Source: Alphaproteobacteria bacterium
Lineage (GTDB): Bacteria > Pseudomonadota > Alphaproteobacteria > UBA8366
DNA: 64,000 nucleotides
Assembly: GCA_009377445.1 (NCBI GenBank)
Contig: WHUA01000004.1
Coordinates: 85,273-149,272 of the forward strand
Direction: 5' to 3'
Below are positions 27,899 through 36,651 of the stretch, one piece after another; positions within the stretch are counted from its first letter, which is position 1, and each line of letters begins with the position of its first letter. The translations under genes and the position numbers were made by a program. Under the pieces are notes generated by a model. It saw only the letters and a list, made by a program, of their open reading frames with translations. It made no database searches and was not told the DNA's origin.

Positions 27899-29530
27899 CT
27901 ACTGTTCCGTCCGCAGCCGGGACCTTTGAACGATCAGGATCACCAAGAGCGGCACGCATAGCTCGATGACGGCAATCGTGATGAGCAGCCAGCCGAGCTC
28001 CCCGTAGTCGGCGGCGACCTTCACCGCGCCGGTGTCGCGGTCGCGCACTTCGCGGGTCACCAGGAATATCTCGTTCACGTATTTCGTGCCGAGGTTGTTC
28101 GCGGACAGCGCCAGATTGACGAAGGACGCCATGACGGCGAAGAACGTCGCCTTGAGATGCGCGGGCGCATTCTGGGCGATCCATGCCAGCATCGGGATCA
28201 TGGCGATCTGCGACAGCGGCGATTCGATCGCGGTGTCGAGGATTGCGATGAATCGGGCGTCGACGATGCCGCCCGTCAGCGGCGCGGTCCAGTCCTGCAG
28301 CCCGTAATAGAGCCCGATGTTCGGCAGCGAGAGGATGCCGGACGCGACGGTGAGCAGGCCCACAATAAAGGCGATCGACCGGCTCGCCATCAGCGGCCGC
28401 AGAATCAGCATCCCGGCAAGCGCCAGCAGCGAGGTGATCAGCGACAGCACCGAAAGGAACTGCTGGTCGAAGCCGAGCACGTCGATCTCGAACCAGGTCT
28501 GGCCGGGCCCCGGCAGGGGCATCGCCCGGTAGACGAAGATGATCACCGCCGTGCCGACCAGGGCCAGCCGCAACGAAGGGTCGAGCTCGAGGATCAGCCG
28601 GTACATCAGGAAGCCGACGATGCCCATCGAGCCGGCGAAGATGATTTCCTGGGCATAGGGCGCCTCGCCCAGCCCCATCGTCAGGGTGAAGGCGACGAAG
28701 ACGAGGCTGCCGCCGAAGATCCACCAGTTCGGCTTGGTGTCCTCGACGGGCTGGAACAGCATGCCCTCGATGGCCGCGGCATCGAAGCCCTGCCGCCGCA
28801 GGCGCCGCGCGCGATACCGGAGCGATACGCCGCCCAGCAATACGCCCGCGACGGAGATCGCGGGAATGATCATCGCCAGCAGGTATATCTCGGCGTAGAT
28901 GGCGGCCGTTTCCGCCGGCGACATCGCCGCCACGCCCTGGAACAGCGTGATGTTCACGGCGGCGACGAGCACCAGCCCGCCGATCAGCGCGAAGCGCCCG
29001 AGCGTCTGCATCGTCGTATGCATGCGCTTGATCTGCGCATCCGAAAAGCGGTTGCCCTTGGCGTCGGCCAGCGGTACCGCTTCCACCGTCATGGCGTCGG
29101 CCACCACATCCTGGAGCGCGAAGCCGGTCGGCGACAGCAGCACGCTCAGCACATACCAGGCGTCGACGCGCATCACCGTGCGCATCGCGTCGGTGTGCGC
29201 GATCAGGCCGTACATGATGGCGAGGCTGGATGCGATCAGCGCCGCGCCGAGAAAGACCAGCAGCGCCTTCCACCGCCAAATCAAATCGACCAGATGGCCG
29301 AGCGGCATCTTGAGCGCCCACGGTATGCCGGCCCAGAAGGCGAGGCCGGCGAGGAACGCCGCCGAGAGGCCGAGATAGTCCTTGATGAAGAACGCGCCGA
29401 CGACCGAGGTCAGCCCGGACACGCCATAGGCGAGGTAGACCATGAGCGGTGGCAGATAAGAAAAGCGAAACTGCCGCCCGAGATCGAGGACCGTCTCGTC
29501 GAACCAGCGATAGAGGGCGCTCGCGGTCAA
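27899..29530 (-). CDS. BT1 (folate-biopterin transporter)-like MFS membrane protein
   Basis: 543-aa polytopic protein. IKDYLGLSAAFLAGLAFWAGIPWALKMPLGHLVD resembles the BT1 N-terminal signature. Confidence 0.65.
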   Translation of the reverse strand: MTASALYRWFDETVLDLGRQFRFSYLPPLMVYLAYGVSGLTSVVGAFFIKDYLGLSAAFLAGLAFWAGIPWALKMPLGHLVDLIWRWKALLVFLGAALIASSLAIMYGLIAHTDAMRTVMRVDAWYVLSVLLSPTGFALQDVVADAMTVEAVPLADAKGNRFSDAQIKRMHTTMQTLGRFALIGGLVLVAAVNITLFQGVAAMSPAETAAIYAEIYLLAMIIPAISVAGVLLGGVSLRYRARRLRRQGFDAAAIEGMLFQPVEDTKPNWWIFGGSLVFVAFTLTMGLGEAPYAQEIIFAGSMGIVGFLMYRLILELDPSLRLALVGTAVIIFVYRAMPLPGPGQTWFEIDVLGFDQQFLSVLSLITSLLALAGMLILRPLMASRSIAFIVGLLTVASGILSLPNIGLYYGLQDWTAPLTGGIVDARFIAILDTAIESPLSQIAMIPMLAWIAQNAPAHLKATFFAVMASFVNLALSANNLGTKYVNEIFLVTREVRDRDTGAVKVAADYGELGWLLITIAVIELCVPLLVILIVQRSRLRTEQ

Positions 29531-29543
29531 GGACGCTCCGGCC

Positions 29544-30293
29544 TCATGCCCATCGCAGGTCGGCCCAGACGCCCGCGTGGTCGGACGGCCAGAGCGTCGC
29601 GTCGCCTGGATGAGGCTTGTCGAAGCCGACGGCGCTCGCCGTGCACTCCAGCGGCCCGCGCACCCAGATGTAGTCTATGCTGCGGTCGAAGCGCTCCCAA
29701 TAGGGATGCGAGATGCCGCCCCGTTCGTCCGCCAGCGGGGTGAAGGCTGTCGGCGCGCCCTGGGTCGGGCGGAAGCTCTCCGCCATGCGCTTCGCGGAGG
29801 GCCGGTCCGGCGGCGCGTTGAAATCGCCGCAGACGATCTGCGCGTCCGCGCCGTCCCGCGAGTCGATCCACTCCAGAAGCTGCTGCACCTGAAATTCCCG
29901 CAAGGATTCGTCGCCGCGCGAGCGGTAGAGATGCGTCACGTAGACGTCGAGCAGCCGGCCCTCGATCTCCATCCGCGCCACCAGGGCCACGTAGTCGAGC
30001 GTCTGGTAGTCCAGGTTCGCCGTCTCCAGGATCGGGAAGCGGGTCAGCACGCCCTCGCCCTCGACGCGCGAGCCGGTATTGGTCTTGCTCTGCTGCACGA
30101 GGGCAAAGCGCTTGCCGGTCGCGCGCGAGGCTTCCTGCTGCAGCCAGCGGCCGGTCTGTTTCGGGATGCAGACTTCGTTCATCGCGAAGATGTCGGGGTT
30201 CAAAGCCGCCAGTTCGTCAACGATCAGGCTCCGCCGCTGCTCCCAGCGCTTGTGATCCTGCTCCAGGTTGAGAAAGGCGACGCGAAAAGGCAT
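29544..30293 (-). CDS. Endonuclease/exonuclease/phosphatase (EEP) family protein
   Basis: FLNLE, FAMNEV, GDFN and the C-terminal SDHAGVWADL are the EEP catalytic motifs. Confidence 0.8.
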   Translation of the reverse strand: MPFRVAFLNLEQDHKRWEQRRSLIVDELAALNPDIFAMNEVCIPKQTGRWLQQEASRATGKRFALVQQSKTNTGSRVEGEGVLTRFPILETANLDYQTLDYVALVARMEIEGRLLDVYVTHLYRSRGDESLREFQVQQLLEWIDSRDGADAQIVCGDFNAPPDRPSAKRMAESFRPTQGAPTAFTPLADERGGISHPYWERFDRSIDYIWVRGPLECTASAVGFDKPHPGDATLWPSDHAGVWADLRWA

Positions 30294-30305
30294 GGCGGCA
30301 CTCCG

Positions 30306-30554
30306 TCAGAACTTGCGCGCGGTCACGATGATGGCGTCGATCTTCGTCTCGCCCAGCGCGCGGACGGCTTCCAGCCGGTGCAGGCCGGTCACCAGCACGT
30401 AGCGGTCCTTGTCGCGGCGGATCTGGATCGGAACCTCCTGCCCCTTTTCCAGAATGCTTTCGGCCAACGCATCCACCTTCGCGGCGTCGAGCGTCTTCTT
30501 GAGCTTCACCGGCACATAGATCGCGTCGAGCCTGACGGATTGGGTTTCAAGCAT
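30306..30554 (-). CDS. Stand-alone ParB/Sulfiredoxin N-terminal-domain protein (82 aa)
   Basis: QEVPIQIRRDKDRYVLVTGLHRLEAVRALG matches the ParB-N GxxRxxA box region. No HTH or dimerisation domain follows. Confidence 0.62.
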   Translation of the reverse strand: MLETQSVRLDAIYVPVKLKKTLDAAKVDALAESILEKGQEVPIQIRRDKDRYVLVTGLHRLEAVRALGETKIDAIIVTARKF

Positions 30555-30558
30555 GCGC

Positions 30559-32082
30559 CTAGTCCTCGTCCAATTTCCGCGTCCGCATGAATAGCAGCAA
30601 CGGTAGGGCGAAAATCGTGAGGAAGGCCATGAGCTCGAAGTCGTACAGGTAGGCCATGAATTCCGCCTGCTTGTTGACGACGCGTTCCAGGCTCAGCATG
30701 CCCTGTAGATTATCCGGATTCCAGCTTTCCGGCATCGGGAAGTTTCGAAATACCTCGCTGTAGTGGCTGATATTCTCCATCATCGCTGACCGTGCGGTCT
30801 GCGTGTTGGCGACGAGTTGGGCGATCAGGATCGAAACGCCGATGCCGGCGGCGATACGGCGGATCGCAGTCATGACACTCGCCGCGTCCGGACGCAGCGA
30901 CGCCGGCAGCGTATTGAAGGCCGCTGCCTCGGTCGGTGTCGACATGAAGCCGATGCCGAACCCCTGCATCAGGATGGCAATGATGATGGGCGTGGTGTCG
31001 GTGTCCGGCGTGATGCTGGCGAGAACCCAGTTCGAGGCCGTAATGGCGACGATCCCGATCGCAATCAAGGGACGCGCCTGGAACCGCAGCATCAGGAAAC
31101 CCGACAACAGCGACGCCACCATAGTGCCGACCCCGCGGTACATCAGGACGAAGCCGGTTTCCAGAACGGGGAAGCCCATCTGGCGCTGCAGTATCTGCGG
31201 CAGCAGCGCCATGAACCCAAAGAAGATGAAGCTGATAAAAAAATCGATCACCAGGCCAATGACGAATTCACGGTTCCGGAACACCAACGGGTTGAGATAC
31301 GGCCGCAAGCTCGTCGTGCAATGTATTGCAAAGATGTAGAAAGAGGAGGCCGCGACCATGGCGAAGATTACGATTGTCTCCGACTCGAACCAATCCCGCT
31401 TCTGGCCCTGGTCGAGCATGAGCTGCATGCTGGCGATGGCGATGCTGAGCATGAAGAAGCCGAAGAAATCGAACTGCTTCGGCTGCTCCGGCTCGTCTTT
31501 CGGCACGACACGGAGAATCATGAAAAGCGCCAACGCACCGAGCGGAATGTTCATCAGATAGACGGCGCGCCAGTCGACATACTCCGTCAGAAAGCCCCCG
31601 ACCACGGGGCCCACGATCACCGCGCTCATCCGGCCGGTCTGCAACCAGCCGAAGGCGGGGCCATGATGGCTCTTCGGGAAGGTGGCGAGCACCATCTGGA
31701 AGGTCAGCGGATTGAGGCCTGCCCCGAAAAACCCTTGCACGAAGCGGAAAGCGACGAGCTGGTACAGGGTTTGCGACTGAGCGACCAACAGCGATGCGAC
31801 CATGAAGCCGCCGATCACGAAGATGAACAGCCGCTTGCGGCCGACCCTGCGGCTCATCCAGGCGTAGAGCGGCGTGAACATCGCCGAAGCCACGAGATAG
31901 GCTGTGATGACCCACGAGATCTCGGTGATCGTCGCGGACAGCGAGCCCATCATCGTCGGCATGGCGATGCTGGTGGCGAAGGTATCGGTCGCCTGCATCG
32001 CGCCCGCCGGCATGATCGCCAGAGCTACGAGAAAACGCCGGCGCGGCGACAGAAGCGCGTCCCCGGCCGTCGGCGTGGTCAT
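30559..32082 (-). CDS. MFS transporter, DHA2 (EmrB/QacA) family, 14-TM type
   Basis: SIAMPTMMGSLSATITEISWVITAYLVASA and GRKRLFIFVIGGF are DHA2 N-terminal motifs. 507 aa. Confidence 0.85.
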   Translation of the reverse strand: MTTPTAGDALLSPRRRFLVALAIMPAGAMQATDTFATSIAMPTMMGSLSATITEISWVITAYLVASAMFTPLYAWMSRRVGRKRLFIFVIGGFMVASLLVAQSQTLYQLVAFRFVQGFFGAGLNPLTFQMVLATFPKSHHGPAFGWLQTGRMSAVIVGPVVGGFLTEYVDWRAVYLMNIPLGALALFMILRVVPKDEPEQPKQFDFFGFFMLSIAIASMQLMLDQGQKRDWFESETIVIFAMVAASSFYIFAIHCTTSLRPYLNPLVFRNREFVIGLVIDFFISFIFFGFMALLPQILQRQMGFPVLETGFVLMYRGVGTMVASLLSGFLMLRFQARPLIAIGIVAITASNWVLASITPDTDTTPIIIAILMQGFGIGFMSTPTEAAAFNTLPASLRPDAASVMTAIRRIAAGIGVSILIAQLVANTQTARSAMMENISHYSEVFRNFPMPESWNPDNLQGMLSLERVVNKQAEFMAYLYDFELMAFLTIFALPLLLFMRTRKLDED

Positions 32083-32337
32083 GGTGTCGCGGCCGAACGT
32101 AGCGGCACGGCTGATGGCATCAAGGGATCCCGGCGGCGGGCATCGGCCGGCCGCGCTTTCGTGGAAGGCGGACGAACCTAGCGCATAACAGAACCGTCAT
32201 AAAGGATCGAGTGCATCGCATCGGCTATCCGGTCGCCCCTCCCATTCACCCGATTTTGGCGCTCGATCCGGGATTATGCCAGAATTCCAGGGGGCACGGT
32301 ATTCGTGGCCCCCTCGCTGAGCGCAAGGGATTTGAAC

Positions 32338-33441
32338 ATGGCGAAAGATGGCGTCGTCCTGCTGGGCGTCGGCGACGTAGGGCCTATTCACGAGCCCATG
32401 GACGGCTACGGCGCGCTTGCCCGCGCCACGCTGGCCGGCGGCGACATCCGCTTCGGCCAGTGCGAGCGTGTCTATTCCGAGCGCGGCAGCCTGCAAATCC
32501 ATTCCGGCGGCGGCCACAGCCGGTGCAAGCCGCAAATGGCCTCGATCTTCGGCGACTGCGGCTTCGACGTGGTGTCGGTGGCAAGCAACCATGCGATGGA
32601 TTGGGGCGGCGACGCCCTGATCGACACCATCGCGCTGCTGCGCGGCAAGGGCATCGCGACGGTCGGCGGCGGGCGCAACCTGGAGGAAGCGAGGCAACCC
32701 GCCATCCTCGAGCGCGATGGGGTCAAGGTCGCCTTCCTCGCCTATTGCTCGATCCTGCGCGAAGGCTACGCCGCCGGGCACAAGAAGACAGGCGTCGCGC
32801 CGCTGCGGGCGCACACCTATTACCGCTCATTCGACTACCAGGCCGGCGTGCCGCCGATGGTCGTGACCATGCCTTACGAGGAAGACCTGGAGGCGATGGC
32901 GCAGGACATCGCCCAGGCGAAGAGACAGGCGAACATCGTCGTCGTCTCGCTGCACTGGGGCATACATTTCATCCCGCGCATGATCGCGGACTACCAGCCG
33001 ATCGCCGCCAAGGCTGCCTTCGCGGCCGGCGCCGACCTGATCCTCGGCCATCACGCGCATGTGCCGAAGGCGATCGGCGTGTATGACGGCAAGGTCTGCC
33101 TCTACAGCCTCAGCAACTTCATCATGTCGGGAACCGAGAAGGCGCCGGATGCTGCCAGGGCGTTCGAGCGCGAGTACAGCGTCGAGCTCGACCCGGATTA
33201 TCCCCGCCTCCCCTACGGCTCCGACGCCAAGCGCAGCCTGATCGCCAAGGCGGTGCTGGGACGCGGCGGCGTCAAGCGGGCCTCCTTCCTGCCGGTGCTG
33301 ATCGACCCGCAACTCCGCCCCGAAGTGCTGAAGGGCGGCGACCCGCGTTTCCAGGACGCCGTCGATTTCATGGAATGGGTGTCGGAGGATTTCCCGCACC
33401 GCTTCACGGTCGACGGAGACGAGGTCGTGATCGGCGCCTGA
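32338..33441 (+). CDS. CapA-family (PGA_cap) metallophosphatase-like protein
   Basis: FDVVSVASNHAMDWG, VVVSLHWGIH and LILGHHAHVPK are the CapA/poly-gamma-glutamate capsule family motifs. ATG 32338. Confidence 0.8.
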   Translation: MAKDGVVLLGVGDVGPIHEPMDGYGALARATLAGGDIRFGQCERVYSERGSLQIHSGGGHSRCKPQMASIFGDCGFDVVSVASNHAMDWGGDALIDTIALLRGKGIATVGGGRNLEEARQPAILERDGVKVAFLAYCSILREGYAAGHKKTGVAPLRAHTYYRSFDYQAGVPPMVVTMPYEEDLEAMAQDIAQAKRQANIVVVSLHWGIHFIPRMIADYQPIAAKAAFAAGADLILGHHAHVPKAIGVYDGKVCLYSLSNFIMSGTEKAPDAARAFEREYSVELDPDYPRLPYGSDAKRSLIAKAVLGRGGVKRASFLPVLIDPQLRPEVLKGGDPRFQDAVDFMEWVSEDFPHRFTVDGDEVVIGA

Positions 33442-33447
33442 CCCGCC

Positions 33448-33846
33448 TCAGCGGCCGCAGCCAACGACCGCAATCGCCTCGACCTCGACCAGGAAGTCGC
33501 TCCGCACCAGGGTGGGCGACGCCACGGTCGCGCTCGCCATCTGCCCTTTGGGGAAGACCTCCGCGCGCACCGCGTTGTATTCGCCATACTTGCCCATGTC
33601 GGTGAGGTAGGCGGTGATCTTCGTGACGTCGTCCATCGTCGCGTCGGCGACGGCGAGCACCGCCTCGATGTTCGCGAATACCTGCCGCGTCTGCCGGGTC
33701 ATGTCGCCGGGGCCGACCAGCTTGCCGTCCGGATCCTGCGCCACCTGCCCGGCGACATAAATCGTGTCGCCAACCTGCGTCCCCTGCGCGAAGCCCGGAT
33801 TTTTCGCCCGCGGCCAGCCGGGATTGAGCACGATCTTCTTCGCCAT
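33448..33846 (-). CDS. RidA/YjgF family reactive-intermediate deaminase
   Basis: 132 aa. GDTIYVAGQVAQDP, QTRQVFANIEAVL and LVEVEAIAV fit the RidA fold. Confidence 0.85.
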   Translation of the reverse strand: MAKKIVLNPGWPRAKNPGFAQGTQVGDTIYVAGQVAQDPDGKLVGPGDMTRQTRQVFANIEAVLAVADATMDDVTKITAYLTDMGKYGEYNAVRAEVFPKGQMASATVASPTLVRSDFLVEVEAIAVVGCGR

Positions 33847-33935
33847 CGCCGTCTCCCTATGAATGCATTCGTTTGACAGCGAGCCTAACGCATTGTCTGC
33901 TCTCGGACGAGGCTTCCTCCACCGGACTGCATTCC

Positions 33936-35303
33936 ATGCCCAAGCCGCTGACCTTCGACCCGACGGGCAATACCCTGCCCTGCTTTGCGGACGCCGTGGG
34001 CCGCATGCGCGACGGCAGCGAGACGCCGCGCGAATTCCTCGAACGCTGTCTCGAGCGCATCGCGGCGTATGAGCCCGAGATCCGCGCCTTCGTCTGGTTC
34101 GACCCGGCCGGCCCGCGCGCCGCCGCCGACGCGGCCACCCAGCGCTATCGTCAGGGACGCCCGATGTCGCCGGTCGACGGCTGCCCCGTGGCGATCAAGG
34201 ACATCATCGAGACGGCCGACATGCCGACCCAGATGAACAGCCCGATCTTCAAGGACTGGTGCTCAGGCCGCGACGCCGCCAGCGTCCATGCGCTGCGCGA
34301 GAACGGGGCCGTGATCCTGGGCAAGACGGTGACCACCGAGTTCGCCATGGCCGCGGCGGGCCCGACCCGCAACCCGTTCGACCACGGTCGCACCCCGGGC
34401 GGATCGTCGAGCGGCTCGGCCGCCGCCGTCGCGGCCGGCATGACGCCCGTCGCCCTCGGCACCCAGACCGCGGGCTCGATCGTGCGCCCCGCCGCCTACT
34501 GCGGCGTCTACGGCTTCAAGCCGAGCCATGCCGCGCTCAACATCGGCGGCATCCATCCGCTGTCCGCCAGCCACGACACGCTGGGCACGATCGCGGGAAG
34601 CCTCGCCGACGCCTGGCTCGTCGCCCGCCACATCTCGGCCGTGGCCGGCGGCACGCCGCCCCATCCCGGCCTGCAGGGCCCGCAGGATTTGCCGCCCGCG
34701 CGCGCCCCTGCCCGGCTGATCCGGCTGGAGACCGACGCCTGGAGCGAAACCGACGACGCGACGCGGAGCGCCTTCGAGGCGGCGATCGGCAAGCTCGCGA
34801 AAAACGGCGCGAAAATCCTCGATCGCCGGAACACGCCTGAAGTCGAGAAGCTGGAAACGATGCTGAAGGGCGTGGCCGAGACCGCCCGCATCGTCTCCAC
34901 CTTCGAGCGCCGCTGGCCATTCCTCGAATACGCCAAGCGCCATCCCGGCAAGCTCAGCAAGTCCGCCGAGGAACGGGTCGAAGCGTCCCGCCGCATCGAC
35001 ACCGCGCAATTCACCGGCGCGCTCGAAAAGCAGGAGGCCATCAGGCGGCAGATCGCCGGCATGACGGGCCGGGCCGACGGGTTCGTGACGCTCACGGCGT
35101 CGGGGCCGGCGCCGATCGGGCTGGAGCATACCGGCAGCCGGGGCTTTCAGGTATTCTGGACCCTTACCGCGGCGCCCTGCTTCACGCTCCCGCGACTCGC
35201 GGTGTCCGGCCTGCCCATCGGCCTGCAAGTGCTGGGCTACCGCGACCGGGACGCCGACCTCGCCGGGCTGGCGCGTTGGGTGGACACGGTAACGCGCCAT
35301 TAA
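33936..35303 (+). CDS. Amidase (amidase-signature family)
   Basis: Has the AS signature GGSSSGSAAAVAAGM, with upstream VAIKDIIETADMPT (catalytic Lys region). ATG 33936. Confidence 0.85.
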   Translation: MPKPLTFDPTGNTLPCFADAVGRMRDGSETPREFLERCLERIAAYEPEIRAFVWFDPAGPRAAADAATQRYRQGRPMSPVDGCPVAIKDIIETADMPTQMNSPIFKDWCSGRDAASVHALRENGAVILGKTVTTEFAMAAAGPTRNPFDHGRTPGGSSSGSAAAVAAGMTPVALGTQTAGSIVRPAAYCGVYGFKPSHAALNIGGIHPLSASHDTLGTIAGSLADAWLVARHISAVAGGTPPHPGLQGPQDLPPARAPARLIRLETDAWSETDDATRSAFEAAIGKLAKNGAKILDRRNTPEVEKLETMLKGVAETARIVSTFERRWPFLEYAKRHPGKLSKSAEERVEASRRIDTAQFTGALEKQEAIRRQIAGMTGRADGFVTLTASGPAPIGLEHTGSRGFQVFWTLTAAPCFTLPRLAVSGLPIGLQVLGYRDRDADLAGLARWVDTVTRH

Positions 35304-35446
35304 CCAAACTGCGCTATATGGGTGGAATATGAAGCGCTTGCCCCGAACGCGCGCGCCGTGGCGGTTTTCGGGATCTCGACCCTTCGCGGCATCCGGTTGC
35401 CCGCCTCCATCAATCGCGTTAATCAGATACGGGCATCCCGCCCAAC

Positions 35447-35545
35447 ATGACCAGGACCGATGAGTCCAAGGTGTCGGAGCTTGCTTCGTTGACCGGTAGC
35501 CTCGTCAACGCCGTCGCAGTCGAACCGGCCGTCCCGCCATCATGA
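35447..35545 (+). CDS. Candidate 32-aa small ORF (possible precursor/leader peptide), not in the ORF track
   Basis: Encodes MTRTDESKVSELASLTGSLVNAVAVEPAVPPS. Its TGA overlaps the ATG of the downstream GNAT-peptidase gene (ATGA). By my count 24 of 32 third positions are G/C. No clear SD. ELASLTGS resembles the ELxxIxGG double-glycine leader. Confidence 0.25.
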   Translation: MTRTDESKVSELASLTGSLVNAVAVEPAVPPS

Positions 35546-36651
35546 TCCGAGACGCCGAGCTGTCAGACGTTCCGGCGCTGGTGGAGCTCGAAGAACGCTG
35601 TTTCGAGACCGATCTCCTGTCGCCGCGGAGCTTCCGGCACTTCCTGATCCGTGGAAACGCCGATGTTTTCCTCGATGAGGAGGACGGCGTGCTGCGCGGG
35701 TATTGCATCGTGCTGTATCACCGCAACACCTCGCTCGCGCGGCTCTATTCCATGGCGGTAGCGTCGAAATACCGCAAGCAAGGCATCGCCGGCGCGCTCC
35801 TTCTCTATGCCGAACAGCGCGCTCTCGCCGAGGGTGCGACGCGCATGCGCCTCGAGGTCAATCAGGCCAACAAGGCGGCGCAGCGGCTGTACCGCAGTCT
35901 CGGCTACGACAAGTTCGCCGTCGTTCTCGATTACTACGAGGACCATGCGAACGCCCTGCGGATGGAAAAGGACCTGGCGCCCCATCTGGCGCCGGACCCC
36001 GAGCACGCGCCCTACTACCGGCAGACGCTGGATTTCACCTGCGGGCCCGCCTGCCTGCTGATGGCGATGAAGGCGCACGATCCCGAAATGAAGGCCGACC
36101 GGTCCCTGGAAATCCAGCTTTGGCGCGAGTCGACGACCGTGTTCATGACATCCGGGCTTGGCGGATGCGGCGCGCTGGGGCTGGCGCTGGCGGCTATGCG
36201 CCGCGGCTTCGAGATCGAGGTATCGGTGAGCAACGAAACCGAGATTTTCGTCAATTCCGTCCGTAGCGAGGAGAAGAAGGAGGTCATCCGGCTCGTCGAA
36301 CAGCAGTTCGTGCGGGAGCTCGCCCAGGCCGGCGTCCTGATTCGACGCCGCCCGTTGACGGCAAAGGACATCAAGGAGCGCCTGAAGCGGGACGGCATTC
36401 CGGTCGCCTTGATCAGTTCCTACCGGCTGACCGGCGAAAAGGTGCCGCACTGGATCAAGATCACCTCGTTCGACGACCGCTTCATCTACATCAACGATCC
36501 CTTCGTCGATCCCGAAGAAGACAGAACCGAGACGGACTGCATCGGCATTCCGATCGTGCCGCAGGAGCTCGACCGCATGATGCGCCTCGGCCGCCGCAAA
36601 CATTTCGCATCCCTCATTGTTTATCCGAAGAGAAAGGACGCTACCCTTTAA
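35542..36651 (+). CDS. GNAT N-acetyltransferase (RimI-like) fused to a C39-like cysteine peptidase domain
   Basis: The N-terminal domain has the GNAT motif A, YRKQGIAGALLLYAEQRA. The C-terminal domain has QTLDFTCGPACLLMAM (catalytic Cys), VPHWIKITSFD (His) and YINDP. Confidence 0.8.
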   Translation: MIRDAELSDVPALVELEERCFETDLLSPRSFRHFLIRGNADVFLDEEDGVLRGYCIVLYHRNTSLARLYSMAVASKYRKQGIAGALLLYAEQRALAEGATRMRLEVNQANKAAQRLYRSLGYDKFAVVLDYYEDHANALRMEKDLAPHLAPDPEHAPYYRQTLDFTCGPACLLMAMKAHDPEMKADRSLEIQLWRESTTVFMTSGLGGCGALGLALAAMRRGFEIEVSVSNETEIFVNSVRSEEKKEVIRLVEQQFVRELAQAGVLIRRRPLTAKDIKERLKRDGIPVALISSYRLTGEKVPHWIKITSFDDRFIYINDPFVDPEEDRTETDCIGIPIVPQELDRMMRLGRRKHFASLIVYPKRKDATL

